Of a DNA stretch of 60,862 nucleotides, positions 1-7,663 are shown in pieces. Position numbers and translations under genes: made by a program. Below the pieces are notes generated by a model. It made no database searches. It was not told the DNA's origin and was given only the letters and a program-made list of their open reading frames with translations. Where the stretch lies: NCBI GenBank assembly GCA_964419305.1, contig CAYQPD010000002.1:1-60862 (forward strand). The letters are read 5' to 3'. This DNA comes from an uncultured Rhodobacter sp. Its GTDB lineage: Bacteria; Pseudomonadota; Alphaproteobacteria; Rhodobacterales; Rhodobacteraceae. How positions within the stretch are numbered: position 1 is the stretch's first letter; every line of letters starts with the position of its first letter.

Positions 1-879
1 CGGATGCGGCACCGGGTCTTTGGCGGTCAGCAGGTGGCGGCGGAAGATATCAAAGTAGCTGCGGTAGCGGTAGCCTTCGTTGCGGGCCAGGTAATGCGCG
101 CGGTTGGCACGGTAGAGGCGGGGCAGATCATACCACGCCACTTCGGGGTGGCAGTGATGCACCCCATGCAGGTTGTTGTTGAGAAACAGCAGCGCCAGCG
201 GGCCGCGATCCTCGATGATCACGGTGCGGGCGCGCGCCAGACCGTGGGCGCGGTGTTCCAGAAAGGTGCGGATTTTCACCAGCGCCAGCCCGCCCCAGAC
301 CGCCAGCAGGTAAGCAGCGGCCGAAATCGGCGCAGGCCAGACCCAGGCCACCACCAGCGCCACCCCTGCCAGATGCAGCAGCCAGTCGCGCAGCACCCCG
401 CGATCCCCCGCCCGGATCAACGCGAGGTCGGCCAGCGCAAAGCTGACGCAGCTTAGCGGCGGCCCGATTACCATCCGCCCAAGCAGGGTATTGTTGGCCC
501 GCAACAGCCATCGGGCGGCGGCAGGCAGCCGGGCCCAGTGCGCCGGGTCAAGGTAGTTCGACTCGGGGTCGTCATAGGGGTCGGTCAGGATCGGGTCGTG
601 GTGATGGGCAAGGTGGGTGGCCTTGAACCGCCCGTAGGGAATGAACAGCGTCAGCGCCGGAAACACCAGCGCCGCATTCAGCCAGCCCACCCGGCACGGG
701 TGGCCATGCAGCGCCTCGTGTTGCAGCGAGGAAAACTGGGCGATGGTGATCGCCGTCAGCACCACCCCCGCCACCGGCGACCAAGCGAATACCGCCGTGG
801 TGCCCAGCCCCCACAGCCCATAGGTGGCGGCCAGCAGGGCAAGGGTGAGTGTCTCAAAGGCGGGGCGGGCGGCGGGCAT
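1..879 (-). CDS. Fatty acid desaturase family membrane protein (3' end runs off the window)
   Basis: Own translation of the minus strand gives an uninterrupted 293-codon frame from ATG 879-877 down to position 1. It is absent from the ORF track because no stop lies in the window. An AAGGAA RBS sits about 5 nt upstream. Three His boxes are present (HEALH, HLAHHH, HGVHH), followed by PEVAWYDLP. Confidence 0.8.
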   Translation of the reverse strand, partial: MPAARPAFETLTLALLAATYGLWGLGTTAVFAWSPVAGVVLTAITIAQFSSLQHEALHGHPCRVGWLNAALVFPALTLFIPYGRFKATHLAHHHDPILTDPYDDPESNYLDPAHWARLPAAARWLLRANNTLLGRMVIGPPLSCVSFALADLALIRAGDRGVLRDWLLHLAGVALVVAWVWPAPISAAAYLLAVWGGLALVKIRTFLEHRAHGLARARTVIIEDRGPLALLFLNNNLHGVHHCHPEVAWYDLPRLYRANRAHYLARNEGYRYRSYFDIFRRHLLTAKDPVPHP

Positions 880-987
880 GGCGTTCCTTGGGCAATGATG
901 ACAGCAATGTGAATAGCGCTTGCCTTGGGGTGTTGAAATTCGGAATATGCGCAACGAATTGTCAACTTTGGTGAGAATACTGCACGG

Positions 988-1845
988 ATGATCAAACATA
1001 TCGACAAGCGCGACCGCGCCGCGCAGTTCCGCACCCGGCTGGCCGAAGCCATGGCGCAGCGCGGCACCAGCCAAAGCGGGTTGGCGCGGCTGACCGGGGT
1101 GGACCGCTCGACCATCAGCCAGCTTCTGGCCGGGGATACCCGCCTGCCCAATGCGCAACTGGCCGCCGATTGTGCCCAGGCCCTGGGGATCAGCGCCGAC
1201 TGGCTGCTGGGCCTGTCACAGCGGCCCGAACCGCTGGCCGATCTGCTGGCGACCTCGCTGTCGATCACCGAAGCCCCGCGCGCACTGTTTGACGAAACCA
1301 TCTTTGGCTGGCACCGCGAGGCGGCGGGCTACAAGATCCGGCATGTGCCGGCCACTCTGCCCGACATGCTGAAAACCCACGCCATGGCGGAATGGGAATA
1401 CACCCCGCAACTGGGGCGCACCGCCGAGCAGGCGATCGGCGCGTTCGAGGATCAGCTTGAGTGGCTGCGCGGCGCGCGTTCCGATTACGAGATCGCGCTG
1501 CCGCTGCACGAGCTGGCGGCATTCGCCAGCGCCACCGGCTACTACGCCGGGCTGCCCGCCGCCGTGCGGCTGGAGCAGATCGACCGGCTGATCACGCTCA
1601 GCGAGCAGTTCTACCCGGCGCTGCGGATCTACCTGTTCGATGCAAGGCGGGTGTTTTCCGCCCCGGTCACGGTGTTCGGGCCGCTACTGGCGGTGGTCTA
1701 TCTTGGCCGCCACTACATCGCGTTCCGCGATTCCGCACGGGTGGCCAGCATCGCGGCCCATTTCGACTGGCTGGTGCGCGAGGCCGCAGTGGGCGCGCGC
1801 GAGTTCCGCGATCACCTGCGCGGCTTGCGGGCAGAGGTGGGGTGA
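988..1845 (+). CDS. XRE-family helix-turn-helix transcriptional regulator with an unrecognised C-terminal domain
   Basis: ORF track. The N-terminal RGTSQSGLARLTGVDRSTISQLLAG is a Cro/C1-type HTH. The remaining ~200 aa were not recognised. Divergent from the desaturase gene across a 108-nt spacer. Confidence 0.7.
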   Translation: MIKHIDKRDRAAQFRTRLAEAMAQRGTSQSGLARLTGVDRSTISQLLAGDTRLPNAQLAADCAQALGISADWLLGLSQRPEPLADLLATSLSITEAPRALFDETIFGWHREAAGYKIRHVPATLPDMLKTHAMAEWEYTPQLGRTAEQAIGAFEDQLEWLRGARSDYEIALPLHELAAFASATGYYAGLPAAVRLEQIDRLITLSEQFYPALRIYLFDARRVFSAPVTVFGPLLAVVYLGRHYIAFRDSARVASIAAHFDWLVREAAVGAREFRDHLRGLRAEVG

Positions 1846-1863
1846 GGCGGAACGCACCCGGCG

Positions 1864-2379
1864 TCAGTTGAGCAGCCGCAGGCGGCTGGTGTCGTAGCCG
1901 CTCCAGTCCAGAATGTCGCGCGCCGCGATCAGGCGGTCCTGCGGCAGGGTGGCGGTGCGGTTCAGGATGAAGCCGAACCCGCCCGAGGGCGTGCCGATCA
2001 CCAGGGTGCGGTAATCGCTATCGACCCAGATCACCCACCACGGTTGCCCGATGCCCGCCGGATCGGCCCCGGATAGCTGCATCCGCCCGGCGGGGGCAAT
2101 GGCAAGTTGGCCCGAGATGGGCTGGGTCCGGCCCCCGAGGCAAAGCCGCGCCGTCACCGCAAAGCCATCCCCCGCAGGCGTGAAGACGGCGCTGCCGGGG
2201 GTGCAATCAGGCGCGTTGGGGGCGGCAAAGGTGGCAACCTGGGTCCAGTGCCCGGCGATCCGGGAAGGCTCGAACGCGGTGATCGAGTGAAGGCCAAGGA
2301 TCGGATCACGAAAGCCCGGCGGCGACACCGGGGCGCAGGCGGCCAGCACCAGAGCGGCGGCAAGGATCAGTCGAGGCAC
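1864..2379 (-). CDS. Lipocalin-family (Blc-like) lipoprotein
   Basis: ORF track. Signal peptide with lipobox (LVLAAC). GHWTQV and YRTLVIGTPSGGFGFILNR resemble bacterial lipocalin motifs. Codon third positions are GC-rich. Confidence 0.7.
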   Translation of the reverse strand: MPRLILAAALVLAACAPVSPPGFRDPILGLHSITAFEPSRIAGHWTQVATFAAPNAPDCTPGSAVFTPAGDGFAVTARLCLGGRTQPISGQLAIAPAGRMQLSGADPAGIGQPWWVIWVDSDYRTLVIGTPSGGFGFILNRTATLPQDRLIAARDILDWSGYDTSRLRLLN

Positions 2380-2825
2380 AGCGTCACCCGTCGGCCATCA
2401 TCTTGCAGGATGTCGTTGCAGCCGAACATCGGCGTGATCGGGGCGCAGGTCTGCGACCGCGCCAGGCAGGTGCCCTCGCAGTCGCTTTCGCGCCGACATT
2501 GCTTGCCACCGTCGCGGGTGGGGCGGATGCAGGCGCGGGCATCGCCTGCCCCGGCGCGGGCATAGCTGCCGCCCCTGCGCTCGCAGGCGATCTGCTCGGG
2601 CGATTGCGGCTCGGGGGGCACAGGCGCGGCGGCGGGCGGCTCTGGGGGCACAGGTTCGGCAGCGGGCGGGATCGCAGGCGGGGCAGCGTCAAGGCTGGTG
2701 ACGGCAATCGCGTCGCCGGTCAACGGGTTGGCGGGTGCCGCCGCCGTGCCACCGGACGCGCCCGGCAGGCTCAACTGGCAGGCAGCCAGCAGCAGGGCAA
2801 GGGCGGGGAACAACAGGCGGCGCAT
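2367..2825 (-). CDS. Putative lipoprotein with a Pro/Ala-rich linker and an 8-Cys C-terminal domain
   Basis: ORF track. Signal peptide with lipobox (LLLAAC). The linker contains PVPPEP twice. The C-terminal ~75 aa carry 8 Cys. The 3' end overlaps the lipocalin start by 13 nt. No family recognised. Confidence 0.55.
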   Translation of the reverse strand: MRRLLFPALALLLAACQLSLPGASGGTAAAPANPLTGDAIAVTSLDAAPPAIPPAAEPVPPEPPAAAPVPPEPQSPEQIACERRGGSYARAGAGDARACIRPTRDGGKQCRRESDCEGTCLARSQTCAPITPMFGCNDILQDDGRRVTLCLD

Positions 2826-2892
2826 GGCATCTTTCGGGTCGGATCGCGGCCAGAGTTTCCCATCGGGTCAGCAATGGCAAGCACGGGATTGA

Positions 2893-2907
2893 GAACACAT
2901 CAAGAAC
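2893..2907 (+). promoter_or_regulatory. Candidate LexA (SOS) box, alphaproteobacterial direct-repeat type
   Basis: GAACacatcaaGAAC on the + strand, which is GTTC-N7-GTTC on the other strand. It ends 17 nt upstream of the ATG at 2924. Confidence 0.55.
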
Positions 2908-2923
2908 ATGGCAGAGTCGCCCG

Positions 2924-3598
2924 ATGCCGACTCGGTTGCTTGCCCGCCCTGCCCTGCTTGCCCGCCCAACCCAGCCGCTGCCCGGCGGGTTGGCGCTGGT
3001 GCGCGGGCGGGTGCATGAATTCTGCGGCCCGGCCCGGCGCACCCTCGCCGCGATGGTGCTGGGCGAAAGCACCGGCGCGGTGATCTGGATCAGCCCCGGC
3101 TGGCAGGCCGAACGGCTGTTTCCCGACGGCCTGCGCGATTTTGCCGAGCCGGGGCGGCTGATCCTCGCCTCCGTGCGCCACCCCGAAGACCTGCTGTGGG
3201 CGATGGAAGAAGCGCTGCGCTCGGGCGCGGCCGCGCTGGTGGTGGCCGATCTGCCAACCCCGCCGGGCCTGACCCCGGTGCGGCGGCTGCATCTGGCGAC
3301 CGAAGCCGGGGCCGAGGCTGCCCGTCATGCCGCCCGCCTGCCCCCGCTGGGGCTGCTGCTGACCCCCGGTGCGGGCGGCGCGCAGGGGGTGGAAAGCCGC
3401 TGGTCGCTGGCCTGCACCCCTGCGGGCGGCTGGCACCTGACCCGCCTGCGCGCCCGACTCGAGCCGCCCGCCGCGTGGCGGCTGCAGCGCGAGGACCGGG
3501 GGTGGCTTACGCTTGCAACGGCAAGCACCGTCGAAGCCCCCCGGGGGGGGCACGACCATCACCGCAACGTGATCACAGCCGCCCCCAGCTTGGGTTAG
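2924..3598 (+). CDS. ImuA-like (RecA-fold, SOS mutagenesis accessory-like) protein
   Basis: ORF 2735..3598 trimmed to the ATG at 2924; the upstream extension is Arg/Gly-rich and spans the SOS box. Motifs GRVHEF, VIWISP, RLILASVRHPEDLLWAMEEALRSGAAALVVADL and VRRLHLATEAG match my recollection of ImuA proteins. Not verified by search. Confidence 0.5.
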   Translation: MPTRLLARPALLARPTQPLPGGLALVRGRVHEFCGPARRTLAAMVLGESTGAVIWISPGWQAERLFPDGLRDFAEPGRLILASVRHPEDLLWAMEEALRSGAAALVVADLPTPPGLTPVRRLHLATEAGAEAARHAARLPPLGLLLTPGAGGAQGVESRWSLACTPAGGWHLTRLRARLEPPAAWRLQREDRGWLTLATASTVEAPRGGHDHHRNVITAAPSLG

Positions 3599-3620
3599 CC
3601 TGCGGTGCAAAGGTTTTCCC

Positions 3621-4199
3621 ATGTTGTTCAACCGCTCTACTTTGCTGGCAGCGTTGGCGTCTCTGGCGCTGGCTGGGGCTGCCTTGGCCGCCCCCGTGAG
3701 CTATGCGCTGGACGCCACCGCTTCGGTGGTGGGGTTCGAGACCGACTTCGGCCCCGATCGCATCACCGGCCAGATGCCGGTGACCCGCGCCGATCTGACC
3801 CTCGACTTTGCCCATGTCGCGCGCAGCACAGTGACGGTCACCCTGGACGCCTCGGCGGCGGTGGCAAGCTTTCCCTTTGCCGCGCAAGCGATGCGGGGGC
3901 CCAAGGTGCTTGACACCGCGCAGTATCCGCAGATCGGGTTTCAAAGCTCTTCGGTCAGGACCGAAGGCGACGGCGCGCGGGTGGACGGCCAGGTGACAAT
4001 CAGGGGCGCAACCCGACCGATGGTGCTGCACGCCACGATCTGGCGCCAGCAGGGATCGGTCGCGACCGATCTGAGCCACCTGGTGATCCGCCTGACCGGG
4101 GCGGTCAACCGCAGCGACTTTGGTGCCACCGGCTGGGCCGACATGGTGGGCGATGAGGTCCGGCTCGATATTGTGGCCCGGATCATGCAGGTGCCCTAG
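3621..4199 (+). CDS. YceI family periplasmic protein
   Basis: ORF track. Signal peptide (LAGAALA/AP). YceI-like sequence over the full length. Followed immediately by a cytochrome b561 gene, the classic yceI-yceJ pairing. Confidence 0.8.
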   Translation: MLFNRSTLLAALASLALAGAALAAPVSYALDATASVVGFETDFGPDRITGQMPVTRADLTLDFAHVARSTVTVTLDASAAVASFPFAAQAMRGPKVLDTAQYPQIGFQSSSVRTEGDGARVDGQVTIRGATRPMVLHATIWRQQGSVATDLSHLVIRLTGAVNRSDFGATGWADMVGDEVRLDIVARIMQVP

Positions 4200-4748
4200 G
4201 TGGCAGGCTGGCGCAATACCCCCGACAGCTTTGGCCGCACCAGCCGCCTGCTGCACTGGGCCATGGCGATTGGCGTGCTGGGGATGCTGGGCCTTGGCAC
4301 TTGGGTGCACTGGATGCAGCCAAACCTTTCCAACCTCTGGCTTTACGGGCTGCACAAGACGATTGGCCTCAGCCTGCTGGCGCTGGTGCTGATGCGGCTG
4401 GCCTGGCACCGGATCAGCCCGCCCCCGGCCCCGCTCGGTGCCCCCCAGGGATGGGAGGTGCTGGCGGCGCGGCTGGCGCATCGCACCATCTACGTTCTGC
4501 TGCTGGCGATACCGCTTTCGGGCTGGGTCGCCAGCTCGGCCACCGGGCTTGACGTGATGGTGTTCGACACCTGGGTGGTGCCCCGCATCACGCCAGTGTC
4601 AGAGCTGTGGGAAAAGCGCGGCTTTGCGGTGCATGGCGTGCTGACCAAGCTGTTGGCCGCGCTGCTGGTGGTGCATGTCGCGGCGGCGTTGCGGCGCGCC
4701 CGGGCCGGCGACGGCACCCTGCGCCGGATGATCCGGGGCAGGGCCTGA
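4200..4748 (+). CDS. Cytochrome b561 family (CybB-like) membrane protein
   Basis: ORF track. GTG start directly after the yceI TAG. SRLLHWAMAIGVLG and HKTIGLSLLALVLMRLAWH carry the conserved His residues. About 4 TM helices. Confidence 0.75.
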   Translation: MAGWRNTPDSFGRTSRLLHWAMAIGVLGMLGLGTWVHWMQPNLSNLWLYGLHKTIGLSLLALVLMRLAWHRISPPPAPLGAPQGWEVLAARLAHRTIYVLLLAIPLSGWVASSATGLDVMVFDTWVVPRITPVSELWEKRGFAVHGVLTKLLAALLVVHVAAALRRARAGDGTLRRMIRGRA

Positions 4749-4815
4749 CGGATTTACTAAGGCCCCGATCCGGCATAGCCTGCGCCGCACCTTCACCTGT
4801 CTGAGAGCGTGCCCC

Positions 4816-5139
4816 ATGATCCTTTACGGCCTTGCCACCTGCGACACCTGCAAGAAGGCGCTCAAGGCGCTGCACGCGGCGGATCACAGCGTCACTTTCC
4901 GCGACATCCGCGCCGAGCCGCTGACAGCGGCGGAAATCGCCGCCCTGGTGGGCGAGTTCGGCGACCGCATCATCAACCGCAACTCGACCACCTGGCGCGG
5001 GCTCAACGTCTGGATGAAGAACTCGGACCCCGAGGCCCAGCTTGCCGCCTATCCCGCCCTGATGCAGCGCCCGGTGATTTGCCGCGACGGCCACTATACC
5101 ATCGGCTGGGACGCGGCGGTGCAGGCGCGCTACCTCTGA
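4816..5139 (+). CDS. ArsC/Spx-family (YffB-like) thioredoxin-fold protein
   Basis: ORF track. The N-terminus MILYGLATCDTCKKA and the 107-aa length are typical of the ArsC/YffB family. The 3' end overlaps the convergent DoxX gene by 10 nt. Confidence 0.75.
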   Translation: MILYGLATCDTCKKALKALHAADHSVTFRDIRAEPLTAAEIAALVGEFGDRIINRNSTTWRGLNVWMKNSDPEAQLAAYPALMQRPVICRDGHYTIGWDAAVQARYL

Positions 5140-5675
5140 GCGCCGCCGCGCCCGCCAAGCAGCCGATCGAGTGACAACGGCCCCGCCCCTTTGAGCACCA
5201 GCACCGCCAGCAGCACCAGCCACAGCGCCCGCTGATCAAGGATCAGCGACCCCGATGCGCCATCAAACCACGCCCCCAGATCGTCGCCCGCCACCCCATG
5301 CCCGACCACATCGGTCAGGCTTTGCACGGCGATGAAGCCGATCATGCCAAGCGCCGCCAGCCGGGTCAGCAGCCCCAGCACGATCAGCAGCGGCAGGGCG
5401 AACTCGGCCCAGGTTCCGGCCACCACCACGAGGCGGTGATAAAGCCCAAGCTGGCTGAAATCATAGCCCGCAGCCTCGACCACGCGCGGGAAAATCTGGA
5501 TGTAGGCCCCGGCCGAAGGGGTCAGCACCCCGTCGAACTTGGTGCTGGCCGAGGACCAGAAATAGACCAGCAGCACCCCGGCAAACACCAGCCGCGCCAG
5601 CGTCGGCAGCACCACCGGGGCCAGTGCGTCCAGCCCGCACGCCAACGCGCGATAGAGTGAAATCAGCAGATTCAT
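5130..5675 (-). CDS. DoxX family membrane protein (BufD/GigT-like)
   Basis: ORF track. Multi-TM DoxX-like sequence. Its ATG overlaps the stop of the DUF2063 gene (ATGA at 5672-5675). Confidence 0.75.
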   Translation of the reverse strand: MNLLISLYRALACGLDALAPVVLPTLARLVFAGVLLVYFWSSASTKFDGVLTPSAGAYIQIFPRVVEAAGYDFSQLGLYHRLVVVAGTWAEFALPLLIVLGLLTRLAALGMIGFIAVQSLTDVVGHGVAGDDLGAWFDGASGSLILDQRALWLVLLAVLVLKGAGPLSLDRLLGGRGGAQR

Positions 5676-6418
5676 TCCTTGACCCCTTGCAGATCGACAA
5701 TTGCGCCACCGCCCAGCAACAGCGCCAGCGTGGCACTCAGATCGTGCCCTTCACCGGCCTGATCCATCGCCTCGCCCACCGACGCACCCGCCAGCAGCGC
5801 TGCAACGAAATCTCCCGCCCCCGGCCCCAGCAGGTGCGGCGCGGGATCGAACTCGGGGCGCAGCACCACCACGCTTTCGGGCCGGATGACCGGCGGGCGG
5901 GCATCACCGCCACCCGTATTGGCACGCCAGATGGCATGGATCGGCCAGTCCGAGCACACCAGCCGCAGCGCCGGGGCCAACCCCAGCCGGGCGGCAAGAA
6001 AATCCTCGGGCGGAAGATCCGCCAGCCGCGCAGCGGCCACGGCGGGGCGGTCGGCGGCATGATATGATTGGCGCAACGCCAGTTCGAGCCGCGCCACATC
6101 GGGCAGATAGGGCAGACCTGCTACCGGCGCGAATTGCGCCAGAAATTCCGGCATGGCCGCGCCGTAAAGCATCATGATCCGGCTCTGCGGCGGGTGGGCG
6201 CGCAGGAAAACCCCGGCCATCGCGGTAAAGAATTCGGCCCCCACCAAGCGGCGCAGCACCGGAAAACCGGCTTCCAGCGCCTCGGTCAGCCCGACCGCCA
6301 CATTGTTGCGGTAAACCGCAAAGCGCTTGCCCGCCGGGCGACCCTGCGGGTCGATCAGCCCCTCCGGCACGGCGCGGGCGGAATCGAGCAGCGCAGCGCG
6401 GAACTCGGCCTCGCTCAT
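5672..6418 (-). CDS. bufC: DUF2063 protein, MNIO partner (BufC/GigB-like)
   Basis: ORF track. The N-terminal region [48 protein letters not shown] is typical of DUF2063. ATGA overlap with the upstream DUF692 gene (6415-6418). Confidence 0.75.
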   Translation of the reverse strand: MSEAEFRAALLDSARAVPEGLIDPQGRPAGKRFAVYRNNVAVGLTEALEAGFPVLRRLVGAEFFTAMAGVFLRAHPPQSRIMMLYGAAMPEFLAQFAPVAGLPYLPDVARLELALRQSYHAADRPAVAAARLADLPPEDFLAARLGLAPALRLVCSDWPIHAIWRANTGGGDARPPVIRPESVVVLRPEFDPAPHLLGPGAGDFVAALLAGASVGEAMDQAGEGHDLSATLALLLGGGAIVDLQGVKE

Positions 6419-7269
6419 GCCCCGACCCCGGCCAGAGCCGCCGCCGCGCGCGCGGCTTCGGCGGCCAGCACCGGCCAGTCGGGCACCTCGTTATCCCATT
6501 CGATCAGGGTCGGCTTGACGCCGCCAAGTGCCAAGGTGCGGGCGTAAAGCGCCCAGACCGGATCCACCACCGCGCGGCTGTGACTGTCGATCAGCAGCGG
6601 CGCGCCATGATCGTCGGCCTCGACCACATGCCCGCCAAGATGAATCTCGCCCACCAGATGCAGCGGGAAAGCGGCAATGTAGGCATAGGGATCGAAACCC
6701 TGATTGACAGCCGAGATATGGACGTTGTTGACATCCAGCAGCAGGCCGCAGCCGGTGCGGCGCGCGACCTCGGTCAGAAAATCCACCTCGCCCATCTCGG
6801 CGTCACTGAAGGCCAGATAGGCCGAGGGGTTTTCCAAGAGCATCCGCCGCCCCAGCACATCCTGCACCTGATCAATGTGATCCGCCACCCGCGCCAGCGT
6901 GGCCGCCGTGTAGGGCAGCGGCAGCAGATCGTTGAAATAGGCCCCGTCATGGGTGGACCAGGCCAGATGCTCGGAAAAGCTGGCCGGGCGCAGCCAGTCG
7001 CACAGATGTTTCAGGCGCTGAAGATGGCCTTCGTCAAGCGGCCCCTCGCCGCCGATCGACAGGCCCACCCCATGGGCGGAAATCGCAAAGCGCTCAGCCA
7101 GATGACGCAGTTGCGCCAGCGGGCGGCCACCGTCGCCGAGATAGTTTTCGGCGTGAATCTCGAACCACTCGACCGGCGCGGGATCGGCCAGGATGGAAGC
7201 GAAATGCTGCGGCTTGTAGCCCACCCCGGCACCGGGCGGCAAACCATCAGCGCCGACGGTATCACGCAT
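6415..7269 (-). CDS. bufB: DUF692/UPF0276 multinuclear non-heme iron oxidase (MbnB-like MNIO; BufB/GigA-like)
   Basis: ORF track. GVGYKPQHF...[11 protein letters not shown]... and later HLGGH / DSH motifs are typical of DUF692. GAGGA RBS 7 nt upstream. Confidence 0.85.
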   Translation of the reverse strand: MRDTVGADGLPPGAGVGYKPQHFASILADPAPVEWFEIHAENYLGDGGRPLAQLRHLAERFAISAHGVGLSIGGEGPLDEGHLQRLKHLCDWLRPASFSEHLAWSTHDGAYFNDLLPLPYTAATLARVADHIDQVQDVLGRRMLLENPSAYLAFSDAEMGEVDFLTEVARRTGCGLLLDVNNVHISAVNQGFDPYAYIAAFPLHLVGEIHLGGHVVEADDHGAPLLIDSHSRAVVDPVWALYARTLALGGVKPTLIEWDNEVPDWPVLAAEAARAAAALAGVGA

Positions 7270-7282
7270 CAGTCAGTCCTCG

Positions 7283-7317
7283 AAAAACTGCCCCCCCGGA
7301 CCGAAGTCCGAAGGGGC
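7283..7317 (-). terminator. Intrinsic terminator/attenuator hairpin between the precursor genes and the MNIO gene
   Basis: Minus-strand RNA reads GCCCCUUCGGAC-UUCG-GUCCGGGGGGGC: a 12-bp stem including 2 G.U pairs, with a UUCG tetraloop. It is followed by AGUUUUUC. It starts 10 nt after the precursor stop (7327) and lies upstream of the bufB RBS. Confidence 0.6.
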
Positions 7318-7326
7318 GGTGCAACC

Positions 7327-7623
7327 TCACGCCGGCAGATCGCGGTCAAGTGCTTCAAGCGACCCGGTGCGGGCATCCGGCAGCTCGATCGTGGCGCAGG
7401 TGCCGGCCGGGACCAGCTTCCACGAATTGCCCTGATAGTCAACTTTCGAGGTGCCCGCACAAGTGGTGCCAGCCCCTGCGGCGCAATCGTTCTGCCCGGC
7501 CAGCGCCACGCCGAAGCATTTCTCCATCGGCATATCCTCGGCCGCAGCCGAAGTGATGAAATGGCCCGACAGCGCGGCGGCCAGCGCCCCGGCGACGGCA
7601 AGCGACTTTACGGTGTTGGACAT
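7327..7623 (-). CDS. bufA: DUF2282-type bufferin precursor (BufA1/GigP-like), promoter-distal copy
   Basis: ORF track, 98 aa. Sec signal peptide ending SAAA/ED. Core [49 protein letters not shown] with Cys at 36, 47, 55 and 76. AGGAG RBS. Confidence 0.8.
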   Translation of the reverse strand: MSNTVKSLAVAGALAAALSGHFITSAAAEDMPMEKCFGVALAGQNDCAAGAGTTCAGTSKVDYQGNSWKLVPAGTCATIELPDARTGSLEALDRDLPA

Positions 7624-7663
7624 CGGTTTACTCCTGATTCAAGTTGCTAAGGATTGCAGGCGA

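Noticed and set aside
2735-2923. The N-terminal 63-aa extension of the ImuA-like ORF given in the ORF track.
   Set aside because: The extension is Arg/Gly-rich, overlaps the upstream divergent gene start region and contains the SOS box. The ATG at 2924 begins the conserved part.
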